Assembly (NCBI GenBank): GCA_944350225.1
Contig: CALVOH010000001.1
Coordinates: forward strand, 1 to 42,576
Origin: an uncultured Clostridia bacterium
Lineage (GTDB): Bacteria; Bacillota; Clostridia; Christensenellales; UBA1242
DNA length: 42,576 nucleotides
Direction: 5' to 3'
Shown: positions 8,308 to 25,900 of the stretch, piece after piece
Position numbering within the stretch: the first letter of the stretch is position 1
How the letters are laid out: every line of letters starts with the position of its first letter
Notes under the pieces: generated by a model
The model's database searches: none
The model's input: only the letters and a program-made list of their open reading frames with translations
Told to the model about the DNA's origin: nothing
Position numbers and translations under genes: made by a program

Positions 8308-9180
8308 TTACAATCCTCTACTAAAACTGTCTTCATCACTTATGATATTATCATTGTTTTTAAATGAATCTATTAAGCGCAACAGATCTTCATCATATTC
8401 ATTTCGTTTTAAACGTATGTTCTCTTCGAAATTGTTTTTATTTTCGCCTTTTTGTTTTTCAAGCAATAGTTTAGCAATATTTGACAAATCGCATTTGTTA
8501 TTTGGGTTAAAATCTACTCCAACGTATTTTTCTTTATTCGGAGATTTTAAATTTGAAATCACTATGTTTTTCGTATACGAATCAACATATGCATATTTAA
8601 GAGAAGAACAACCATATAAAGAAGATAAATCCAATTTTTTTATTCCTGGTTCAAACTCAATTTTTTCTAAGTTTGGGTTAAATGCAAAGCAAAACAAACC
8701 GAATTTCTTAACAGTTGCAGGGACAACAATTTTTGACAAAGTTGGAACTCCTTCAAATGCTCTGCTCTCAATTTTAGTTACTCCATAAGGAATAAAATAT
8801 TTAGTTTTAGCAAATGAAACTGGGCAAGAAATCAGCTCATCACCTTTTTTGTTAAAAAGTATTCCATCTTTACTAGAAAAATATTTGTTTCCTTTTATCA
8901 CATAAAACTTGTTAATAAAGTCCAATTGACACCTTATTTTTTGGATCATCAAAAAGTCATTAACTTTAGGATCAATAAGCAAACAATTCACCCATCTTAT
9001 CACACGTCCCAAGTTATCCGTTTCGGTATCAACAACGATTGAAAAGGTCCCTCGCCTTCCTTTATTCACACACCCCTCCAATAGATTTTTCCTATTATAT
9101 CTCAAATTTAGTGTTTTGTCAATAGGTAAAATTTTGATGTTGTAATTATTATTTAGTATAAAACACACAATATTAAACAA
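8308..9180 (-). CDS. BspA-type leucine-rich-repeat (LRR_5-like) protein; start uncertain
   Basis: The BspA-like pattern is DGILFNKKGDELISCP...IPYGVTKIESRAFEGVPTLSKIVVPATVKKFGLFCFAFNPNLEKIEF...LDLSSLYGCSSLKY. The track start is TTG at 9180. A GTG at 9069 preceded by GGAGGGG is an alternative start. No signal peptide is seen. Confidence 0.55.
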   Translation of the reverse strand: MFNIVCFILNNNYNIKILPIDKTLNLRYNRKNLLEGCVNKGRRGTFSIVVDTETDNLGRVIRWVNCLLIDPKVNDFLMIQKIRCQLDFINKFYVIKGNKYFSSKDGILFNKKGDELISCPVSFAKTKYFIPYGVTKIESRAFEGVPTLSKIVVPATVKKFGLFCFAFNPNLEKIEFEPGIKKLDLSSLYGCSSLKYAYVDSYTKNIVISNLKSPNKEKYVGVDFNPNNKCDLSNIAKLLLEKQKGENKNNFEENIRLKRNEYDEDLLRLIDSFKNNDNIISDEDSFSRGL

Positions 9181-9194
9181 AAAATTTTTCTTTG

Positions 9195-9222
9195 AAAAAA
9201 AACACCTTAAAATAAAAGGCGT
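9195..9222 (-). terminator. Intrinsic terminator downstream of the ankyrin gene
   Basis: The reverse strand reads ACGCCTT-TTATTT-AAGGTGT followed by TTTTTTTT (one mismatch in the stem). Confidence 0.5.
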
Positions 9223-9228
9223 TTTTTG

Positions 9229-10983
9229 TTATCTTCTTCCATCTCTAAAATTTTTATCTTTACTTTCAGTTGAACTTCCCTTGGAGTTTTCTTTCCCTTC
9301 TGATTTTTCTAACTCATCCTCAATAATCTTAAGTTTTGCTATCAAATCATCGTGAGAATTATTCTTATGACTAAACATTGATATATTTAAACCCTTCTTG
9401 GAAGCTACTTCTTTCGCTAACTTCAAAAGGTTTTCTTCAACATTTTCGTTCGTTTTACAACCAACTGTTATTGTATCCAATGCTTTGCTGAAAAAACCTT
9501 TCCCGTCATTATCCTTGATGGTTAGAAGTTTAGGATTAACTTTTAATGCTTTAAATATTACATCTTTTAAATTACTTACTGCTGCAAAATGCAAAAATGT
9601 GTATCCATCTTTATCTCGAACTTTTGCAAGCTCTGGATCAATCCCTAACGCTTCAATTAAAACATTTTCTAATTCAAAAACCGCTGCAAAATGCAAGAAT
9701 GTGTTACCATTTTCAGTTCCAACTTTTGCAAGCTCAGGGTCTTTTTTTAATGCCTTAATTAAAACATCTTCCATTTTAACTTTTGCTTCCGAATCAATTC
9801 CTAAGTCTTCAGAATCAATTTCTGACGCAGTAATTAAAATATCTAGGAATTTATAACCAGCGGCAAAATGCAAAAATGTGTTTCCATTCTCCTGTTGAAT
9901 TTTTGCAAGATCCTTATCTACTTCTAGAGCTTTAATCAAAACATCGTAAAGTCCCTCTAATGCCGCCCTGTGTAAAAAGATATTGCCGTAATTATCTTGA
10001 ACTTTTGCTAGTTCAGGATCAACGTCTAATGCTTTTATCAGAACATCGTTTAAACTTTCACTTGCTGATTTATGCAAAAACGTTCTACCGCTTTTATTTT
10101 TAACTTTTGCAAGTTCTGGATCAACATCTAATGCCCTTAATAATACATTTTTAAGGCCACATTCCGCTGCGGTATACAAAAATGTTTCGCCATGTATATC
10201 TTGAACTTTTGCAAGCTCTGGATCAATGTCCAAAGCCTTAATTAACACATTTTCAAGGCCATGTCGTGCTGCAAAATGCAAAAATGTAGCGCCTTTGTTA
10301 TCTTTAATTTTCGCAAGATTTTTATTAATATCAAGGGCTTTAATCAATATTTCTGGGATACTCTGCGAAGCCGGCACTACAAAAGAATACAAACCGTCTT
10401 TTACAATTTTTTCTTCTCTGCCTGCAGCATAGTGCAAAAATGTAAGCCCGTCGTTATCTTGAATTTCTGCAAGCTCTGGATTTTTATCTAAAGCTTTTAT
10501 TAGAACTTTTGAGAGCCCTTTTCCCGCTGCATCATGCAAAAATGTATATCCCCATTTGTTTTGCATTTTTGCAAGCTCTGGATTTTTATCTAAAGCCTTA
10601 ATTAAAACATTTTCAAGACCATGGCGTGCTGCAAAATGCAAAAACGTAAAATCATTAACATTTTGAACTTTTGCTAGTTCAGGATCAACATCTAATGCCT
10701 TAACCAATACATTTTCTAGTTTATTAATGGCCGCATTATGTAAAAATGTGAAACCACTTTTATTATCTTTAACTTTTGCAAGGTTTGGATATTTTTCGAC
10801 TACCAAACATAAAAAATCTTGCATTTTGCCATTAATAGCTAAATCAACCAATGTTTTCCCAGTTGAAGATTTCATTGTAAGTAATTCTTCATCTTTGTAG
10901 TTTTTAAAATGATTTATTAAATCTTGTTCAATATTAACTCCATCGTTAATTATTTCTTCCAATTTGTCAACATCATTTTTCAT
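9229..10983 (-). CDS. Ankyrin-repeat protein (584 aa, at least 11 clear repeats)
   Basis: A 34-aa unit repeats: G.TFLHFAA..GLENVLIKALD.DPELAKVQD. AAGGGGG lies 5 nt before the ATG at 10983; the track ORF start at 11106 adds 41 codons with no Shine-Dalgarno. No signal peptide is seen. Confidence 0.8.
   Translation of the reverse strand: MKNDVDKLEEIINDGVNIEQDLINHFKNYKDEELLTMKSSTGKTLVDLAINGKMQDFLCLVVEKYPNLAKVKDNKSGFTFLHNAAINKLENVLVKALDVDPELAKVQNVNDFTFLHFAARHGLENVLIKALDKNPELAKMQNKWGYTFLHDAAGKGLSKVLIKALDKNPELAEIQDNDGLTFLHYAAGREEKIVKDGLYSFVVPASQSIPEILIKALDINKNLAKIKDNKGATFLHFAARHGLENVLIKALDIDPELAKVQDIHGETFLYTAAECGLKNVLLRALDVDPELAKVKNKSGRTFLHKSASESLNDVLIKALDVDPELAKVQDNYGNIFLHRAALEGLYDVLIKALEVDKDLAKIQQENGNTFLHFAAGYKFLDILITASEIDSEDLGIDSEAKVKMEDVLIKALKKDPELAKVGTENGNTFLHFAAVFELENVLIEALGIDPELAKVRDKDGYTFLHFAAVSNLKDVIFKALKVNPKLLTIKDNDGKGFFSKALDTITVGCKTNENVEENLLKLAKEVASKKGLNISMFSHKNNSHDDLIAKLKIIEDELEKSEGKENSKGSSTESKDKNFRDGRR
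9470..10880 (-). repeat. In-frame tandem repeats of about 102 nt encoding the ankyrin units
   Basis: DNA words such as gctgcaaaatgcaaaaatgt and ttttgcaagctctggatc recur with a period of about 102 nt. Confidence 0.75.
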
Positions 10984-11099
10984 ATTTCCCCCTTTTGTTT
11001 CTCGTATTTTATCACATGAGCCTGAATTTGTCAATATCGATTGGCAAGAAAACTTAAATTTAATTTTTTTAATGAAAAATGTAATGTAAGTCATTTTAG

Positions 11100-11129
11100 T
11101 TGACATACTAGTGATAATAATGTTAAAAT
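11100..11129 (+). promoter_or_regulatory. SigA-type promoter for the 11158 membrane-protein gene
   Basis: TTGACA (11100-11105), an 18-nt spacer and an extended -10 TGTTAAAAT (11121-11129). TAAGGAG Shine-Dalgarno precedes the ATG at 11158. Confidence 0.55.
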
Positions 11130-11157
11130 TGCGTAAATTAAAGTTAAGGAGTGTTTT

Positions 11158-11688
11158 ATGAAACGAGTTTCGCGACCATTTATGTTTACAGGTTTATTAA
11201 TAAGTTTGTTCGCTTATATTGGAAGTGTGGCCTTATGTGCCTTTTTAGTAATAACTTACATTTCTGTTGCCGCATCAGTCGGCAATGAAATAACGAATAT
11301 AGTTTATTTCATTATAATCGCTTTAAGCGTTGTCATCATGATTTTTGCTCTTTTAGGCTTAATCTTTTCGGCTATATCATTATCACGATGCAATCTGCCA
11401 GCTTCTGCCTTCTTTGAAAAGAAAGGTATGGTAATTACAACCTTGGTTTTTAACATTTTAATAATAGCACTTTATGTTTTCTCATTAGCAACAGCATTTA
11501 ACGTTGAAACATTAATAGTCGCTTTGACTTTTGCTATAGCTTCTGCACTCATTATCGTTGACCTTGCAAGAAACAAAAAATTGTTGATGGCGGAAGATCA
11601 AGAAAAAGAACAAAAAGAAGCAGTAACAATAAATCAAAAAGATAGCACAGAAGCAACTCCAAAGCAAGAAGATATTGAAACAAAATAA
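11158..11688 (+). CDS. Small integral membrane protein (4 predicted TM helices, charged C-terminal tail)
   Basis: Four long hydrophobic stretches are followed by an EDQEKEQKEA... tail. It has a good Shine-Dalgarno, a TAA stop and a terminator. Confidence 0.6.
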   Translation: MKRVSRPFMFTGLLISLFAYIGSVALCAFLVITYISVAASVGNEITNIVYFIIIALSVVIMIFALLGLIFSAISLSRCNLPASAFFEKKGMVITTLVFNILIIALYVFSLATAFNVETLIVALTFAIASALIIVDLARNKKLLMAEDQEKEQKEAVTINQKDSTEATPKQEDIETK

Positions 11689-11695
11689 AATTTTA

Positions 11696-11724
11696 AACGA
11701 CCTCTTCAAGAGGTTGTTTTTTTT
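11696..11724 (+). terminator. Intrinsic terminator
   Basis: AACGACCTCTT-C-AAGAGGTTGTT followed by a T-run. Confidence 0.65.
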
Positions 11725-11790
11725 AAAAAACATTTTAAGTCGTTTGACTTTGTTTGTAGTTTATGTTAACTTATTAAAAAAAGGAAGATT

Positions 11791-12330
11791 ATGAAAATAT
11801 TAAACAAAACTGACAGTTTAAACCAAATTAGAAAGTTAGGTCTTAACACAGTCCCAGAAATTGTTGTAAGCCCATCAAATCTAAACAAGATAGATGAATT
11901 TGTAAAAAAATATCCCGTTTCGCAATATGTTTTACGCGACACGAGTCAACCACTTGGGCAATATTTCTATGCAAGCAAGGATGAAATTAAGGAGATAGCC
12001 AAAAATTTTACTTCTAATTTTTCGTTGGCTGTTTCATTTTATTCATATGGCAAATTTCTTTTAATTGGAGATATCATGATAAGTGGTGACAGAGTCGAAT
12101 TGACTGCATCAACTAACAACAATTCAAATCATCGAAATGCAGATGAAATTTCAATCTATTCTAATCTTTATGACGATGAACTTTGGAAAATAAAGGGATT
12201 TAGCGAACTTGCAAAATATATTGCTGACAAAAACTTAATGGACATTATTGTTGAATTTGTGGTATTTGACAAAAAAGTCGGAACGAAAAAAGAAAAAGTT
12301 TTAATAACCGAATTAAGAACTGAATATTGA
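11791..12330 (+). CDS. Hypothetical protein (179 aa, no recognisable motif)
   Basis: AAGGAAG Shine-Dalgarno lies 5 nt before the ATG, the stop is TGA and a strong terminator follows. Confidence 0.5.
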   Translation: MKILNKTDSLNQIRKLGLNTVPEIVVSPSNLNKIDEFVKKYPVSQYVLRDTSQPLGQYFYASKDEIKEIAKNFTSNFSLAVSFYSYGKFLLIGDIMISGDRVELTASTNNNSNHRNADEISIYSNLYDDELWKIKGFSELAKYIADKNLMDIIVEFVVFDKKVGTKKEKVLITELRTEY

Positions 12331-12372
12331 TTTAAAACTTCATTAAATTTTAATGGCATTTTAAAATCAAAT

Positions 12373-12403
12373 AAAAAAAGGCTTCATTCAAAAGCCTTTT
12401 TTT
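12373..12403. terminator. Bidirectional intrinsic terminator shared by the 11791 gene and rpoC
   Basis: AAAAAAAGGCTT-CATTCA-AAGCCTTTTTTT. Confidence 0.75.
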
Positions 12404-12422
12404 GTTATGTTTGTAACTGATT

Positions 12423-19675
<7,253 letters not shown>

Positions 19676-19725
19676 AATTGGCCTCTCTCCTTTAATCTAC
19701 GATATTTCTGCAAGTCTACTTACAC

Positions 19726-19761
19726 AAAAAAAAGGGCAGACAACACACAAAAGGTGTCGCC
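19726..19761 (-). terminator. Terminator-like hairpin plus U8 inside the rpoB leader (candidate attenuator)
   Basis: The reverse strand reads GGCGACA-CCTTTTGTGTGT-TGTCTGCC (one bulged T), then CTTTTTTTT. It lies about 50-85 nt upstream of the rpoB ATG and downstream of the promoter. Confidence 0.55.
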
Positions 19762-19825
19762 TAATCCCTTTCCGTTTAAGCATATTTCATAATTTTTATC
19801 TTTGCCTGCAACATTCGTCTTGTTT

Positions 19826-19854
19826 ATTCTAGCACATATTATCGTTTTTGTCAA
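19826..19854 (-). promoter_or_regulatory. Strong SigA-type promoter of rpoBC
   Basis: On the reverse strand: TTGACA (19849-19854), a 17-nt spacer and an extended -10 TGCTAGAAT (-10 at 19826-19831). Confidence 0.7.
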
Positions 19855-19952
19855 CAATTTTTTATAAAAATGTTGCCAAAAGTTGTAAAAATATACCTTT
19901 TATATCAAAATTTTAAAGAATTTAAACTTAAAAATTCAAAAATTTTAAATTA

Positions 19953-22900
19953 CTAGATTTTCATATTCTCTTCAAAAGCCAATGTTGAAAAAGCAGTGCT
20001 TGAAGCAGTCCAAATAATATTATCGCATTTCTCGAAGTTTAATGTTCTGGTTCTTGTAGTATTGTCATCTGTATATCCAACAAACTTGTAATAGCCCTCT
20101 TCTAAATCATTGAGCGGGATATTTGTGTTTATAGTTTTACCTTCACTTTCAACTCCAAGCAAATCGCACAAATCGCTTAGCTCGCTTTTCTCAAAGTTCA
20201 ATGTTATTGTAGTTCCGTTATCTGTATATCCAACAAACTCGTAATAGCCCTCTTCCAAATCATTAAATGAGATATTTGTGTTTATATTTTTACCTTCACT
20301 TTCAACTCCAACCAAAGAGCACAAACCACTTAGGTTATTACCATATCTGCTAAGAATATCTTTACTTATTATATTATAATTGTTTAAAACATCTGCACTT
20401 AATGTCATAAACATTCCATAATATGCTTCCAAATTTAATCTATCCAAATAACTTTCTGTTTCTGACAAATTCGTTGCATTATAATCATATAAGCTTTTAC
20501 CTAATTCATTTTGATTTATTACAAACTGCGTATTACCCTTTAACATAGTAATAGTAGTAAATCCTTGCGTTAAATAATCGTATTTGTTGTATTGAGATTC
20601 AGTACCTGAATCATCAAAATTCCATATTGCCGAGTTAAACACATTTTTTTCATTTATTAAACCTAAATCTGTTGTGAACGAATTAGCGTAAGTAAATCCC
20701 CCAATTGAGTTTTCGGTTGAAGTTTGCTCTTCTCCTGCATAAATGTAAGAATTTGGCGTATATTCCAATATTCCTCCTTGGCCCACGGTTGACTTTCTTA
20801 CAACCTGCCTTTCCGATCCACTTTGCGATAGATCTCGCATGGAAATATCATAAAGGGTGGTAGAATAAATGGAGTCTAAGGAAATTTGTGCTTTTTGCGT
20901 GCCACCAACTATTGCTCCGACATTTGCCGTAATTGGTATTGAATAAGTGTAAACTTCAAGCTCTAAATCAGCCCAAACGTAAGAATTTGCCATTGATAGT
21001 TTAGGTAAGCTTGAACCATTTTCATTAACACCCACTTTACCAACCATGCCTCCAAGCACTGGCGAAGAATTTTGCCCTTCTACTCTCAGCACTCCCTCTT
21101 TAACGGCTATTTCACTAAGTTCAACACTTGTCCCACCTTCGACATAATTTATTTGACCGATAATTCCACCTAAAATGTTTCTTGCTGTTATACTTGCATC
21201 AACTATGACTTTTGAAACGGAGATTGTCCCCCCATTAACAACACCTATAATTCCACCAACATATGAGACTGTGTTGACAGAAACACTTGCGCTGGTTTGA
21301 TTTTGTATTGAAAAACTTTGTCCCATATAAATCGAATCAAGTTTTGCCCTGTCGCTCGCCAACCCCACAATACCACCGACTGCAGTAGCAATATAAGGTT
21401 TAAGATCAAAAATTTCAAAATTTTCATCAATTCCATAAACATAAGCATTAGATAAGGACCCCTTCAATTCTCCGCAAACTATTCCGCCATATGAATGCGC
21501 TTTAATTTTCATAGCCGAATTAATTGTCAAAGAAACATTATCAACTGAAGCTTGCGAGCCTATTCCACCAAAAGCTAACCCCGCTTTGTCGGCAAATACG
21601 TTGACAGCCCCTCTGTTTGTTGAAACATTAGATATTGTTCCAATACCTCCAACGTAACCAAAAATTCCGCCACCAAATGACACTTTGTCAATAGATGAAG
21701 AAAGAATATCATTTGTGTCGCTTTTTTCAGTAACATAAGATGCAAAAGCTCCAACAAAAGCATCAATGTTTTTTATACTAAAATTGTCAGAAACATAGCC
21801 TATCACTCCACCGACAACATTTTTACCACTTACTGTCACAATTTCGTCGGTGGTGTCCTCACCTGCATCTCCACTTTTTGTGCCTTTCACGGTGATATTA
21901 AACACGTTTGCATTTCGAACTGTTCCTGCCAAACAACCAACCGAGTTAGCATTGGCAAAATTAGCTACTTCTGGTATTATTACTAAGTTTGAAACAGATG
22001 CAAAATTAACACTTGTGCCAGAGATTTCGCTGAATAGTCCAGCACTGCTAAGTACATCATTTGAGGTGATTCTTATGCCACTGACAGTCATTCCGTTGCC
22101 ATCTATACTACCTTTTACTGATTTATTGTAAAGTTTAAAATAATCACCAGGCATGCTAGAATAATCAATATCACAAGCAATACGATAGTAACCTGTCAAA
22201 ATATTGTTTGGATTTGACATATAACTTTCCATTGTTTCAGGAGAATGAATAACATAAGGATTAAACACACTACCATCTGCTGGCGAAGATGATGCTGTTT
22301 CATAATGGTATGTTATAACTCCATCTGAATTAGTAGTCATGCCTGTGTTTACTCTTTGCCCAACAGACTGAATATTAGCTGAAACAAGTTCAAGCCTTCC
22401 TCCAGCAAACTCGCTTCCATTAAACAAATTGCTTGTGCGCCCTGAACTATAAAACCAAACAGAGTTATAACTTGGAGTCGTAGTGTAACCATATGAAGAA
22501 AATTTTTCGGCTAAATTTGAAAATTCATTGATTGCATTATCACCACTTCCACTATTATATTCTAATTGCGACACTCCTTCTATTGTTGGTATTAAAAGGC
22601 TGTTGTTGATTTCTTCGCCTCTTATATAGTAGCAATCCACAAACTTTCCTGCCACAATGTCACTAGCAAAAATATAATCATTTGCACTAGAATCACGAAT
22701 GATATAACTTGTAGAGAAACTCCTACTGATTGTTCCCGAATTATAGAAAGCAAACCCTGCGCTCATACCACCCGATTGAATTGGAAGGTTTGAATAGCAA
22801 TCGGCAATCTCTCCCTCATTGTTAAACACGAATGACGAAGCCGACACGCTTGATGAAATCATGCTTGTCTTACCATTTTCGGTTTGAAGAGAATAAGGCC

Positions 22901-25900
22901 TCGAGTTTGAAACATAACCCGAAGTAAAGCTGGTTAAAATCTTTCCATTTAAAGTGTTTTCTCCCACAAATCCACTGGTGCTAAACACGTCAAGGTAAAT
23001 AGACGTCGAAACAAGGGTTCCTTCTTTAAACGCCGTAGAAGCAATAATGTTGCTGTTTTGACCAACAACACCACCAATTGTTATTACAGACTGAACATTT
23101 ACTTTAGACAGGCTGTTGGTTAAATAGCCTGAGTTTTGTCCTACTATTCCTCCAAAATAGAACCCACTTGTTGAAGGATCACTGTCAAATGTAACAAACA
23201 ACTTTGCTCCACTCGCCATTTCGACTTGTGCGTTGTAAATTGCCCCGTTATTAACACCAGCAACTACCCCTATAGATGCTGAAGATGTCGCAGAAGAATT
23301 AAATGTAACCGAGTTTACAGTTTCGCTACCTATTCTTATTTTTACATTTTTAATGAACGTATTTGGACCTATTGTTCCAAACAGTCCACCGGCATCAACA
23401 GAGCCTAATTGATAAACGGAGCTGTCAAAAATAAAGTAGTGATTATTTCCATCAAAAGTAGCGATCTCAGTGTTTAAAGGAACAAAAGCATCGCTTGGCA
23501 CGTTTATATCATTTAAAAGTATGTAATGCCCACCTGCTGTCATATTTAAGAATTCTTCATATGTCGTAATTGGATTTGGGCTTTCTTCTGAACCGCGAAG
23601 GAATGAGTAAACATCTATTTCAACATCTATGACTTTATAACCTTTTGGATCACCATCACTTACTCTCTCTGTCCAAACATATTGACCAAACTGCACTTTG
23701 TACTGTCCACTATATGAGAAGAAATAATGTCTGTTTATTGGATCATGCGCTACGTTTGTTGTAAAGCTAAAACCTGATGTAGAGAGATAACGTGTTGAAA
23801 TACTATCCGTAGTTGTAACTCTGCTTTTCGTCGATCTATCTTTTTGCAAAGGTGTTGGATAAATTTGAACACCTTCATTATTGTTTGCGTTTAAGTCGGT
23901 GTAATAAGTCCAAATGCCATTTGCTTTTAAACTTTCTATAAAAACACTTAACTTGTTTAAAACCGATTGATTAGAAGGGTTGTATTCTAACATCTCATCA
24001 AAATTGAAAGACAACTCTGTTCTTTCTCCAACTGCCGATGTAACAACGCCACCATTCATACCTTCTATTAAATCTTCATCTTCCGAATTTGGCAAGCGAT
24101 TTATAACATATTCCAACATAGTAAGTTGCAAAGTCGCTGAAGTTTCACTTGTTTGCCCAAATTCATCGAGCTTTGATGCCGAAACTGTTAGTGTAAAGTC
24201 TTTTCCACCATTTTCATCATAGTCAGTGATTTCGTCATTTGTCACGACAAGATAATATCCGTCATCGCGTAATTCTATTGTCGCTATTGATGGATCAGAA
24301 GATAAAACATTTAAAGTTGAAGCGTCATAACCCTCATTTTTTACATCCAGTTTGTATTCCACGCCCCTTGCAACTTGGTCTTTATAAGGATAGCCATCTA
24401 TTTCAATGCTAACCGCATCTTTACGAAGCAACGTGTAATCAAATTGCTTATAATAATTCCCACCGTCTTGTTCAGCGGTTACAACAATTCCAACGCTTGT
24501 CCCATCAATTACAGATTTGTTTGAAAAGATGTAACGAACATAAATCTGCCCATTAAATGTTTCATTAGCCAAATCACTCTGTCGTATTTTTATTCCACCA
24601 TCAACAACAACATAAGTAATAGGTTCGAACACAATTTGACCATCATCGATACTTAACGTTCCAGCAGAAAAATCTGCTGTTGCTGATCCTTCTAAACTGT
24701 TTTTGCTTGCATTTTGAATTAATATTGAATCAAAATCAGCATCTACCGGTGAAATAGACACGGATAATAGACCGTATGTTCCCGGAACTACTTTGTCAGA
24801 TTCTTGTGATAAATCACTCATTTCTGGATAATTTGAAGCGACTATCACATCGACAGAATTTTTAACCAAGGTGAGTTTTACTTCTTTCGCAACTTCTTCG
24901 CCATTCGAAACAGCGTAGTATTTGATCGTGTAAGTGCCATAAATATTGTTAGTAAATCTATTTTTAAACGCTGTCGAGTTTGTGTCAACTCTTATTTCAA
25001 CATTGAATTTTAATGAGTTTGTTTCATTATTAGTAGCTTTGACGTCAAATAAATCGGACAAAGGATTAGAAGGCAAAAACTCCGTTGCGCCGTCCGTGTT
25101 TACTTTAGAAAGCAAAGTTTCCGTTGAGCCGTCCGTGACACTTTCTGTGCTTTCAATTAAAATAGGCACGTTTTGTGAATCATAGATTTTTATAACTAGC
25201 TCGTCATTTTCCTCATCTGAATCGATTTCTACCTCGTCCTTTATCGAATGTGAAGAGCTTATTGTATAAGAATCCAAGTTTGAATAAATAGCTTTTGCCC
25301 CTTCTTTGTAATTGAGAGTTATTTCGTCTAAAGACATTATCAGCAAACTATAATTTTTTTGATTTAAGGATGTGGAAATAGACGCACTTAAACCAAAGCT
25401 ATCGCTTGCAGAGTCATCTAATGTTACACCTGGCTTTTTCGTAAAACGAATGCCTTGGCTTGTTAATTCGTAGTTTCCATAAGTAAGCGAAGAACCATTC
25501 AAACCTATTTCAAAATCGTTCATTGTAGCCAACTGAATTAGCTGATTGTTTAAAAGCACTTGCCCTGTCGTAGATATACTAAACGAAGAAGAATCGCTTA
25601 ATCCATAAGCCAAAACTTTGCCCTCACCAAATGTTTCACGCGTAAGTGAATAGACAGGTTCAACATCAATATTTAAGCCCTTTTGAGTATACACATTTAA
25701 GGTAGCGTCTCCACCCAAAGAAATACCATTAAGCTTAAAGATACCAGCTTCTATATTCTCCTTGTAGGCATAATAATTAAAATAATTTATTATATACAAA
25801 TAGATGGTTTGTTTCTTATTTTCATTTCGCAGGCTGTAAACCTCGATTTGTGCAAGCCCTGTGCCCTTTATGTAAATTTCATTAGAAGGCGATATCTCAA

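Noticed and set aside
9470-10880. CRISPR-like or satellite repeat array
   Set aside because: The repeats have a 102-nt period and lie in frame inside one long ORF, encoding ankyrin units. There is no spacer/repeat alternation and no cas genes.
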